Below are positions 44,363 to 52,691 of a stretch of DNA of 64,000 bases, piece by piece. The DNA lies in NCBI GenBank assembly GCA_963765495.1, contig CAVXWP010000001.1:832001-896000 (forward strand), read 5' to 3'. The position numbers and the translations under genes were made by a program. The DNA comes from Blastocatellia bacterium. Its GTDB lineage: Bacteria; Acidobacteriota; Blastocatellia; UBA7656. How positions within the stretch are numbered: position 1 is the first letter of the stretch; every line of letters starts with the position of its first letter. The notes beneath the pieces are model-generated. The model had not been told where the DNA came from and ran no database searches. It saw nothing but the letters and a program-made list of their open reading frames with translations.

Positions 44363-46561
44363 ATGTTTAGAAAAACGAGATCAATCCCGCGCAGGCCGGG
44401 CACGATCCTGGCCCTCAGCCTGGCGACTTTGCTCGCCTGTGCCAACGCTGTCTTGCTTGCCCGGGCCGATTCACAGGATATTAGCGCCACAGCCAGCTTC
44501 TCAGATAAAGGATCGCTCGCTCTCGGCGAAAGGCTTTCCTTCAGCCTCAATCGCCCTCTCCAACCCGATGAGGGGGTGCTTGCAGCCCTCATCGGCTCGA
44601 CAGATATAACCGCCCTGTCGAGCGTGGATAAAAACGGTCTGAGTTATGATACGGCGATACTGCCTTTGCCTGCGGGTGAAACCGTGGCGGTCCTCTATCT
44701 GGTCACGCCAGACAACCGGTGGACAGAGATAGCCCGATTCCCTCTGCGCATCGAGCCCGACATCGCCGCAGCGCCCGTCACCCAACAGCAACCCCCCGCA
44801 GATTCCACTCAGCAGTCCGTAAATGTTCAAAAGAAATGGGGATTTGACAGAGCCAACATAACTCCATCGCTGACCATAGGGATGAAGTCACAGTTTGCAG
44901 AAAAAGCGTTCCCCGACACAAGCGCTTCCGAGCGGCCCACTTATAATGACCTCACATTGCAGGGTAGCCTTCAAACCGACATCGCTCGCGGGGCTTTTAA
45001 CTCGCAAACTCAATTCGATATCGTAGGCTCAAGCTTTCGAAAGGAAGCGATCCGTTTCGATCAACTGGGCGATGCCGCCCCTCATGTAGACCTGTCGAGT
45101 TACCTTGTACAGTTCCAGGCGGGCAAAGCCAAAGTGCAGGTAGGTCATGTGGCATTCGGCGCGAATCGCCATCTCATCAACAGCTTTTCGAGCCGTGGCA
45201 TAACGGTTACCTTTCCCGTCACTTCGCGCGCGGACTTTTCGCTCGCGGCCATGAACGGTACGAGCATAGTCGGCTGGAGCAACTTCTTCGGTCTGAATCG
45301 TCGCAAGCATCAGATCATAAGCGGCGCTTTCGGATATGAGATCATCCCAAGCCGCCCGGGCGCGCTCAGAATCGAGACCTCGATAATGCACGGGTCGGTT
45401 CTTCCCTTGAGCAACTTCAATCAGGGAGTCGTAAACGACGCGGAGCAGAGCAAGGGGGTGAGCGTGCGCGTTGTGGCAAGCGACAAGACCGAGCGTTTTC
45501 GCCTCGATGGCGGAATGGCCCGAAGCCGCTTCAATAACCCCGCCGATCCTTTGCTCCAGCAAGGACTCAATATCGTTCCGGTTCGCGAGACGGCTCGCAA
45601 CGCGCGCTACCTGGACGCAAGCTACCACATATTGCGCAATCTCCCCTTGAGTGCATCAAAGAACGTCAATCTCACCTTAAATTATCGCCACGAGAGGGTG
45701 GCTCCATTGTTTCGCAGCGTGGCGGCCTTTACGCAGGCTGATCGGTTCGACAATCAATTCGAGATCGTCAGCGGCATCGGCGAAATCATGGCTACCTTCG
45801 CTCATGGCCGGTCCAACGATAATCTCGATGACATTGCTTCGATCCTCAAGACTTTCACACGGCGCACGGGCCTCATTTTGGGCGTGCCGCTTGGCTCGCT
45901 CTTTGGCGATCAGGCGAGCCCTTCGCCCTGGCTTCCGAGAGTCTCATACAATTTTGACCGAACGCATCAGTTCGGCAAGGCACTTCCTGTAAACGGCGGC
46001 TTCGATAGCGCGAGCCAGATACCCGATCAGATCAGCACAAATCAGAGCCTTCTCGCCGAGTGGCAATTCGAGAAGTGGCGCTTCGGTTATCGCATCAATC
46101 ATTCGTTTCAAAATAACCGGCAGCCGGGAAGAGAGCTTGCCGATCTGAAAAATTTCATTCACGGTTTCACGTTCGGCGTGACGCCTGTTCCGGCTTTCGA
46201 TTTGAGTTTCGACCTCGGCAGGGAAAGCGCCGATAACAGAGAACAAAATCGCACTGATAACACTCTTCGCATAGGCTCGACAATCAACTGGCGAATGACT
46301 CAAAAAACCGCTCTTGCCGCGACCGTTTCAACCACTCTGGCCGGAGACGTTGCTGATACAAGCCGCAGTCGCAATGCCGAGCTTGACTTGCAATGGTCTT
46401 ACAGGTTCGACATGGAAAAGAGCCGGTTCAGAAAGATCAGCGGCCAGTTCTTTATCAGGTATGCGAACCGCTACGCGAGGATGCGAGACAGGTTGTTAGG
46501 ATTCAGTAACCTGACGAAGATCCAAACGCTCAATACTGGAATCAGTTTTACCTTTTTCTAA
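44363..46561 (+). CDS. Putative outer-membrane beta-barrel protein with an N-terminal periplasmic domain
   Basis: Signal peptide, many alternating amphipathic strands, C-terminal TGISFTFF BAM-type signal. Confidence 0.7.
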   Translation: MFRKTRSIPRRPGTILALSLATLLACANAVLLARADSQDISATASFSDKGSLALGERLSFSLNRPLQPDEGVLAALIGSTDITALSSVDKNGLSYDTAILPLPAGETVAVLYLVTPDNRWTEIARFPLRIEPDIAAAPVTQQQPPADSTQQSVNVQKKWGFDRANITPSLTIGMKSQFAEKAFPDTSASERPTYNDLTLQGSLQTDIARGAFNSQTQFDIVGSSFRKEAIRFDQLGDAAPHVDLSSYLVQFQAGKAKVQVGHVAFGANRHLINSFSSRGITVTFPVTSRADFSLAAMNGTSIVGWSNFFGLNRRKHQIISGAFGYEIIPSRPGALRIETSIMHGSVLPLSNFNQGVVNDAEQSKGVSVRVVASDKTERFRLDGGMARSRFNNPADPLLQQGLNIVPVRETARNARYLDASYHILRNLPLSASKNVNLTLNYRHERVAPLFRSVAAFTQADRFDNQFEIVSGIGEIMATFAHGRSNDNLDDIASILKTFTRRTGLILGVPLGSLFGDQASPSPWLPRVSYNFDRTHQFGKALPVNGGFDSASQIPDQISTNQSLLAEWQFEKWRFGYRINHSFQNNRQPGRELADLKNFIHGFTFGVTPVPAFDLSFDLGRESADNREQNRTDNTLRIGSTINWRMTQKTALAATVSTTLAGDVADTSRSRNAELDLQWSYRFDMEKSRFRKISGQFFIRYANRYARMRDRLLGFSNLTKIQTLNTGISFTFF

Positions 46562-46661
46562 GCGCCTCATTCTAAGCGCCCCTGATTTTCGATTTGAGAT
46601 TTGAAATCTGGATTCGGGGGTTAGAGATGAGCGAATCAAGACACGCAGCGAGGTTAAGATT

Positions 46662-47918
46662 ATGAAGCGACTGCTACTCATCCCCGCACTTCTCTCTCTT
46701 TTATTAACAGACAGCGCGGCGCAACAACAGATCAAGGTCAACCCTTCGGGTGTCAATGTCAACGCAAGCGGCGCGACCACGGTCTTTCTTACATTCGGCA
46801 GTCTGCTCAACAAGCGACCGGCTGAAGCCACGTGGTGCGGCGAGTTGATGTCGGCTGCGCCCGACATAGGCTTCAAGTGCAACCCCGCGACCATATTCGG
46901 CCAACTCCCGTCGCGCTTCGACCAATCCCGCTTGAGCGGCTCGAATGCGTTTACCGACATAATGTCTATACCGCCTTCGGTTGCGAGGCGGGCCTATCAG
47001 GCTGCGCAGGACGGGCAGCAGTCGTCGTTCTTTTACGTCCGGCGATTCGTTAATCCTTCGGGTGGAGCCGATGAGTATGTCCCGGTTACCTGCCGCATGA
47101 CGGGCGGGGGGGCGCGCACTCCTTTTGCGCTGACCGATGTGCGGCTATCGTTCTCAATTGATAAATCCGTTCTGCTGGTAGGACCCGGCCAGAAGATGCC
47201 TGCGTTGAAAGCCGAAATAGCTTACAACGGCACGGGCCGTCTGAAGGGTCGCTGGGAAGTCGTACTGCCGGGTGAAGAACCGCCTTCCGAGCGCGACCTG
47301 CTGACAGAAGCAACGCTTCCCATCGAAGAGCGGGGATTGCAACGACGTTACACCGAGTTGAAAAGGTTCAACATCTTCTTGCCTCCGACCGGGAAGTACA
47401 CACTGCCCGGACCTGATCCGGCGCGTCTGCCAAACGAGGTCAATGGTCAGTACCTCGTGTTGTTGCGCATAGAAGCTTCGGATGATAAGGAAGCCGATTC
47501 CAGCCTCGCAAGCGTCGGGGCCGGAGCGGGTGTCGTTCATAGCGGCGCGGTAGCAGGCTTTCCACTGCCGCCCCTGCGCTACTACGTCGGAAGCGGCAGC
47601 AGCAACATTGCGGCTCAACCGGCAGGAAAGCTCGTACAACTTCTGCCCGAAGCCAATTTCATCGTCCCCTCAGGCGCGCCCGTGGATTTCAGATGGCAAG
47701 AAATAGAGCAGGGGAGCTTTTACCGAATAGAGATAAGCAACGCGCAGCAAGAGATAGTCTTGTCGGCGCTGATGCCGCCCGGCACCGGATATTATCGTGC
47801 TCCATCGTGGTTGAAGGACAAAGCCGGAGACGGAAGCTTGCGCTGGCGAATAGTTGCCTTAGATCGAGCAGGAAAGCCGATTGGCGAAACTCCCTGGCGC
47901 TTTCTGCGACTCATGTAA
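46662..47918 (+). CDS. Secreted hypothetical multi-beta-domain protein
   Basis: GAGG RBS, signal peptide (SAA-QQ), YNGTGRLKGRWEVV, C-terminal Fn3-like WRIVALD. Confidence 0.75.
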   Translation: MKRLLLIPALLSLLLTDSAAQQQIKVNPSGVNVNASGATTVFLTFGSLLNKRPAEATWCGELMSAAPDIGFKCNPATIFGQLPSRFDQSRLSGSNAFTDIMSIPPSVARRAYQAAQDGQQSSFFYVRRFVNPSGGADEYVPVTCRMTGGGARTPFALTDVRLSFSIDKSVLLVGPGQKMPALKAEIAYNGTGRLKGRWEVVLPGEEPPSERDLLTEATLPIEERGLQRRYTELKRFNIFLPPTGKYTLPGPDPARLPNEVNGQYLVLLRIEASDDKEADSSLASVGAGAGVVHSGAVAGFPLPPLRYYVGSGSSNIAAQPAGKLVQLLPEANFIVPSGAPVDFRWQEIEQGSFYRIEISNAQQEIVLSALMPPGTGYYRAPSWLKDKAGDGSLRWRIVALDRAGKPIGETPWRFLRLM

Positions 47919-47955
47919 CCGCGCAGATTCAGCCACAAAAAAGCAGGAACCCAAG

Positions 47956-48065
47956 GTGATGAGTGACGAGTGACGAGAATCGGGATTCTTTGACAGGATT
48001 AACAGGATTAAAAAGATTCCCGCAAGATTGTTGGGAAAATCTTGCTAGCCCTGTTAATTCTGTCT
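47956..48065. repeat. Heptamer run plus nonamer-armed inverted repeat between convergent genes
   Basis: gtgatga gtgacga gtgacga; gacaggattaacagg ... cctgttaattctgtc. Confidence 0.65.
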
Positions 48066-48092
48066 GAGTCTTTGTTGCCGATCTCACATCTG

Positions 48093-49232
48093 CTACAAGA
48101 CGGCGGCGCGTTTCGGCAACAGGACCACTCGTTCTATCTCGAATACCTTCTCGTCGAAACTCGACTCAAACAAATCCACGCCCCGATTGATTAATGCGCC
48201 GGGTCTTTCGTTCTTTACGGCTACAAGGTGGAACCGCGCGATACCGGCCTGGTCGTTGTGATCTCGCTTTTCCAGTATGCGCGAGGCCGCGTAAAGCGTG
48301 TCGCCCGCAAGCACAGGCGCGGGGTGGCTGCCCCGGTCATAGCCGATTTCCCAGAGCGCGCTCGCCGTCGTGTCGCGGCAGGCAAGCGCGCACGCCCAGC
48401 CAAAGACCAGTCCCCCTTCGACCACTCGAGTTCCGGCGAAACTCTGCTTGCGGCAATACACTTCGTCATAGTGCAGGGGGTGGCTGTTACGCGAAAGCGT
48501 TGCAAGCTGCATGTGCTCGCTTTCTCCGATGGTTCGCCCCGCATCGTGAAGTATCGTATCGCCCTCTTCGAAATCTTCGAATAACCCTCGCGGACGCCCC
48601 GGCCATCTCGAAGCTTTGATGCCCTGAGCAAGCTCCATCGGCAGATGTTCCTGCTCTCTGGCCGGAGTCATATGCGGCGCGTTCGCGGCATATGCGGGAG
48701 CGTAGTGCGCGGGGGCCTGCGGGTCATTAAATTCTCTGAGAGGCGGATGAGCGCGGCCCGACAGTCTGCCCGCCGGGATCAAAGCCTTTCGCTCGAAACA
48801 GACCACAATCGCCCTGTCCTGATTGAGCGCGGTTGTTCGTACGTGGACGATTCCGCGATCAGGCTTCGATTTCGACGGGCGCGCAGAGATGACCTCCGAT
48901 GTCGTCTGTATCGTGTCGCCGGAATAGGCCGCGTTTGGAAACCTCATATTCATGTAGGCGAGGTGCGCGATGGTCTGTTCGGAAACATCGTGGACCGAGA
49001 AGCTGAGCGCAAGATTCATCAGGACTACAGGCGGGATCACTCGGTCTCGAAAGCCCATCTCTCTCGCAAAACGGCGGCTGGAATAGAGCGGATTCGGATC
49101 GAGAAACGACGCGGCAAACATCGCAAGCATCCCGTCATCAATCGTCACTTCCCACGGGTGATGATAGACCTCGCCTGTTCTGAAATCATCAAGCAAGCGC
49201 CCGTATTTCGGCTCTCTTGTATTACCGCCCAT
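48093..49232 (-). CDS. Double hot-dog MaoC-family hydratase (mesaconyl-CoA hydratase-like)
   Basis: GRLLDDF..G..YHH, SVHDVSE..IAHLAY, second FEDFEEGD..H..GRT, NSHPLH, H.APV.AGDTLYA. Confidence 0.82.
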   Translation of the reverse strand: MGGNTREPKYGRLLDDFRTGEVYHHPWEVTIDDGMLAMFAASFLDPNPLYSSRRFAREMGFRDRVIPPVVLMNLALSFSVHDVSEQTIAHLAYMNMRFPNAAYSGDTIQTTSEVISARPSKSKPDRGIVHVRTTALNQDRAIVVCFERKALIPAGRLSGRAHPPLREFNDPQAPAHYAPAYAANAPHMTPAREQEHLPMELAQGIKASRWPGRPRGLFEDFEEGDTILHDAGRTIGESEHMQLATLSRNSHPLHYDEVYCRKQSFAGTRVVEGGLVFGWACALACRDTTASALWEIGYDRGSHPAPVLAGDTLYAASRILEKRDHNDQAGIARFHLVAVKNERPGALINRGVDLFESSFDEKVFEIERVVLLPKRAAVL

Positions 49233-49253
49233 ATTCGCCCCTCCACATCTTTG

Positions 49254-49286
49254 GAAATCTCAGATTTGAGATTTGAGATTTGAGAT
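49254..49286. repeat. Heptamer tandem repeat (GATTTGA)n
   Basis: aatctca gatttga gatttga gatttga gat; related runs near 39043 and 46590. Confidence 0.65.
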
Positions 49287-50293
49287 CATCCGTCAATCAG
49301 GCCAAGCTCTCGGGCTAACGCTTCGTCGATTCGGCCAAGCGCGTAAGCCGTCCTGAGCGTATTGCGATTTACGCGGTCGGTTGCGCGGTCGGCCATTCGG
49401 CCCGCGATCATAGTCGCGCCCCGCCCCGCCGATTCGGCCTCAAGAAACAGCTTTGCCTCTTCGATGGCGCGCTTGATCTCTTCATCGGGGAGTTGAAATA
49501 TTTCGACCGCAATCCTCGATTGCTCGGGTATGCCGGTCCATTTGCCCGCAAACCCGAAATCGAGCGCAAGCAGGCAATCGCGGCGAAACTCTTCCAGTGC
49601 TGTCTGCCGTTCCGTTTCGCTTTTATCCCGTGTAGGGTAGTTTGTCGTCATCTCGGCAATTGCGGGAATCCCAACCGAGGCGGCTGCCTTCACTACGCGC
49701 CCGCGCGCCTGGTTGATGAGCGGGTGGTTTGAGTGGTACGTGGCCTGACGCAGCCCAAGCGATGCCCAGTAATCGAAAGAGCCGAATATCAACCCGACCA
49801 GGCGGCGCGATGACCGGGCTATCTCGAATGCCCGCTCTTCGGCTGAGACCGATTCTATCAGGACTTCGATTCGAATGCCGCCTGCGGGAAGCCCAAAACG
49901 GCGTTCGAGCGCGCTGAGTGTTTCGTCTATCGAGCGAACTTCGTCGGCGTTTTCGATCTTTGGATAAACAAGCCCGTCAAGATGCGCACCTGCCCCTTCG
50001 ACTATGACCGCTATGTCTTCGTGCGAGGGGTCAAGCTCGGCTCCTCGCGGGCGGAAAAAGCGGAGCCGCCTGTCCCAGTCAAGCTCCTTAAGCGCGCGGA
50101 TAATATTTGCCCGTCCGTCGGCCAGAAGCGCGGCATTTCCGCGAGGGATGGAGTCTTCCAGATCGAGCATGACAAGGTTGGCGAAGGATTTTGTAACCGC
50201 GCCTTCGATATATTTCCAGACCGTGGCGGGCACGGTGAGGTGGGCCATCTGGATCAGATATTTCGGCTCAAGTTCTATCAGATCATTGCTCAT
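49286..50293 (-). CDS. CitE / malyl-CoA lyase family CoA-ester lyase
   Basis: MLDLEDS, LVYPK, EVLIES, IFGSFDY.ASLG, GFAGKW, G.M.D.A. Confidence 0.85.
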   Translation of the reverse strand: MSNDLIELEPKYLIQMAHLTVPATVWKYIEGAVTKSFANLVMLDLEDSIPRGNAALLADGRANIIRALKELDWDRRLRFFRPRGAELDPSHEDIAVIVEGAGAHLDGLVYPKIENADEVRSIDETLSALERRFGLPAGGIRIEVLIESVSAEERAFEIARSSRRLVGLIFGSFDYWASLGLRQATYHSNHPLINQARGRVVKAAASVGIPAIAEMTTNYPTRDKSETERQTALEEFRRDCLLALDFGFAGKWTGIPEQSRIAVEIFQLPDEEIKRAIEEAKLFLEAESAGRGATMIAGRMADRATDRVNRNTLRTAYALGRIDEALARELGLIDG

Positions 50294-50379
50294 CTTTTCT
50301 AAATCATAACGCTGAATACTGGTAGAAATGAATTTGAATAGTTAGGAAAACAGTAATAGCCCAACCAACATGGTGCGTT

Positions 50380-51948
50380 TCAGGCTTGCTCCTTCGCCCG
50401 TTCGCGTTCGACGAGGACGCGGCGCAGGATTTTGCCGGATGCCGTTTTTGGAATCTCATCAACTATTTCGAGCCGCCGGATCTTCTTGTGCGGCGCGACA
50501 TGCTCGGCTACGAACAGGATTATCTCGTCGGGCGTAGCCTCTGCCTTCAGGACTACGAATGCTTTCGGTATCTCTCCTGCCTCTTCGTCCGGGCTTGGTA
50601 TGACCGCCGCATCCGAAATGGCCGGATGAGTGAGCAGTACGGCTTCAAGTTCGGCCGGGGCCACCTGCATGCCTTTGTACTTTATCAGTTCTTTGACGCG
50701 GTCCACGATGTAAAAGAATCCATCTTCGTCGGCGTAGCCGATATCGCCCGTATGCAGCCACCCGTCTTTATCAACCGTGAAAGCGGTGGCTTCGGGGTTG
50801 TTGAGATAGCCTTTCATCACCTGCGGGCCGCGAATCCAGACTTCGCCCTTTCGGTTTGGGCCGAGGTCTTCGCCGGTCGAATAATCCACGATCCGGGATT
50901 CGGTGTTGGGGATCAACCGGCCCGAAGCCCCCGATTTGATCTCCGCCGTATCGTCGGGGCTCATGTGAGTTATGGGGCTTGTTTCCGTCAGGCCGTAACC
51001 TTGTTTGATCAGACAATCCAACCGCTCGGATGCGGCTGCGGCCACATCGGCTCCGAGGGGGGCGGCCCCCGAATTTATCATTTGCAGGCTCGACAGATCG
51101 AACCTATCTACAAGCGGATGCTTGGCCAGCGCAAGCACTATCGGCGGCACAAGAAAGGCTCGCGTCACATGATAGTCTTGAATTACGCGGAGGAATTGTT
51201 CGAGGTCAAAACGCGGCATGCTGACTATGGTCTGGCCTTTGTAAAGCCCTATGTTGAGGATGACCACCATGCCGTAAATATGAAAGAAGGGCAGCACGCC
51301 GATCAGCACCTCTTGATCAGTAGATGTATCGACACCGCAAGCCTGACAGATATTTGCGACTATGTTGTAATGCGTCAGCATCACGCCTTTTGGAAAGCCG
51401 GTTGTCCCGCTTGAGTAGGGAAGGGCTACAAGATCGTTGCGCGGATCAATCTCTACGTGGGGGACGGGGCCGGAGCTTTCGAGGAGCGCGGCAAAGGGCG
51501 TAGCGCCTTCGGCGTCTCCGAATACAAAGACTTCTTCGACACCTGAGAGCCGGGCGGCTTCGAGCGCCTTATCCAAAAACTGCGGAATGGTGATGAGGTA
51601 TCGCGCGCGTGAATCGTTCAATTGAAAGACGAGTTCTTCGACAGTGTAGAGCGGATTCACCGTTGTATTGATGCCGCCAAGCAGCGAGACGGCGTGAAAG
51701 ACGACTCCGTATTCGGGAATATTAGGGCTGTAGATGGCAAAGACATCGCCTTTTTTGAATCCGCGCCGGGCGAGCCCCACGGCTGCGCGATTGACCATCT
51801 CAGAGAGCCGTCCGAAGCTGATTGCGCGTCCGTCTGTTGCGTCAATCAAGGCGGGTTTATCCGCTAGGTCTGTGAATCGTTCAAAGACGAACCGGGTCAA
51901 CGGGATTTCCGGTATCGTTACATCCGGGTACGGGCTGCGAAAGATCAT
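50380..51948 (-). CDS. 4-coumarate-CoA ligase family AMP-binding enzyme
   Basis: PYSSGTTGFPKGVMLTH, LPFFHIYG, SGAAPL, QGYGLTE, GEVWIRGPQVMKGY, GWLHTGD, DRVKELIKYKG. Confidence 0.9.
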   Translation of the reverse strand: MIFRSPYPDVTIPEIPLTRFVFERFTDLADKPALIDATDGRAISFGRLSEMVNRAAVGLARRGFKKGDVFAIYSPNIPEYGVVFHAVSLLGGINTTVNPLYTVEELVFQLNDSRARYLITIPQFLDKALEAARLSGVEEVFVFGDAEGATPFAALLESSGPVPHVEIDPRNDLVALPYSSGTTGFPKGVMLTHYNIVANICQACGVDTSTDQEVLIGVLPFFHIYGMVVILNIGLYKGQTIVSMPRFDLEQFLRVIQDYHVTRAFLVPPIVLALAKHPLVDRFDLSSLQMINSGAAPLGADVAAAASERLDCLIKQGYGLTETSPITHMSPDDTAEIKSGASGRLIPNTESRIVDYSTGEDLGPNRKGEVWIRGPQVMKGYLNNPEATAFTVDKDGWLHTGDIGYADEDGFFYIVDRVKELIKYKGMQVAPAELEAVLLTHPAISDAAVIPSPDEEAGEIPKAFVVLKAEATPDEIILFVAEHVAPHKKIRRLEIVDEIPKTASGKILRRVLVERERAKEQA

Positions 51949-51987
51949 CGGGCGTTACCTCTTTCTCAAGTGTCTGGTTATTAGAGA

Positions 51988-52100
51988 GTGATGCGATCTC
52001 TGATGCGTGATTCGTGATGCGTGACCCGGATTTATGAGACAGGTGGTTTATAAATACCTCCGGCTGAAAAGTCACGAATCACGCATCGCGAATCACGCAT
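51988..52100. repeat. Heptamer-armed inverted repeat
   Basis: tgatgcg tgattcg tgatgcg tgac ... gtcacgaa tcacgca tcgcgaa tcacgca. Confidence 0.72.
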
Positions 52101-52210
52101 GGAGACAAGGAAGATAGCCTTTCGGCTTTGCCGGATGCAAGCAGGCTTTAAGATATTGGGAGTTTTAGCAAAGGGGAAAGAGGTTCGGGCGTGTGGGGAG
52201 GGCAGGAAAG

Positions 52211-52245
52211 AGAGGCGGGCAGACCGTCAGATCATGCCCGCCTCT
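52211..52245 (-). terminator. Hairpin downstream of the cold-shock gene
   Basis: AGAGGCGGGCA / TGCCCGCCTCT arms. Confidence 0.55.
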
Positions 52246-52251
52246 ATATCT

Positions 52252-52461
52252 TTAGACTTGAGACGCGGTAACGTTGCTCGCGGCCAAACCTTTTGGACCC
52301 TGACTGATGGTGAACTCGACCTGCTGGCCTTCGTTCAGAGTCTTGTATCCGTCGGTCTGGATGGCTGAATAGTGTACGAACACATCATCGCCGCTCGAAC
52401 GGGTGATGAACCCATAGCCTTTTGTGGCGTTAAACCACTTTACTGTTCCTATTTCTCTCAA
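52252..52461 (-). CDS. cspA: Cold-shock protein (CspA family)
   Basis: [28 protein letters not shown]; TTG start with AAGGAG RBS; specific paralog not resolvable. Confidence 0.9.
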   Translation of the reverse strand: MREIGTVKWFNATKGYGFITRSSGDDVFVHYSAIQTDGYKTLNEGQQVEFTISQGPKGLAASNVTASQV

Positions 52462-52608
52462 TGCTTTCTTCTCCTTTTCATCTAGAGTGAATCGCGTAGT
52501 GATGATCGGAGCTAAAGCAAAGAGCGTTCGCGGTCAAACTTACAAACGCGCAAAACCTTAACTTCAACTTCAGTCCTCCTCACACTACTGCTAAATCAAA
52601 ACTCGCAC

Positions 52609-52637
52609 ATCCTACACGGCGGCTTGCAAACTGTCAA
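52609..52637 (-). promoter_or_regulatory. Sigma70 promoter of the csp gene
   Basis: Minus strand TTGACA-N17-TAGGAT; gives a leader of about 140 nt, typical of csp genes. Confidence 0.65.
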
Positions 52638-52691
52638 CTGAAATGAGCAAGCCGCCGTGGTGAGTTTTTTGGCCTGTTTCATCAATCGGTT

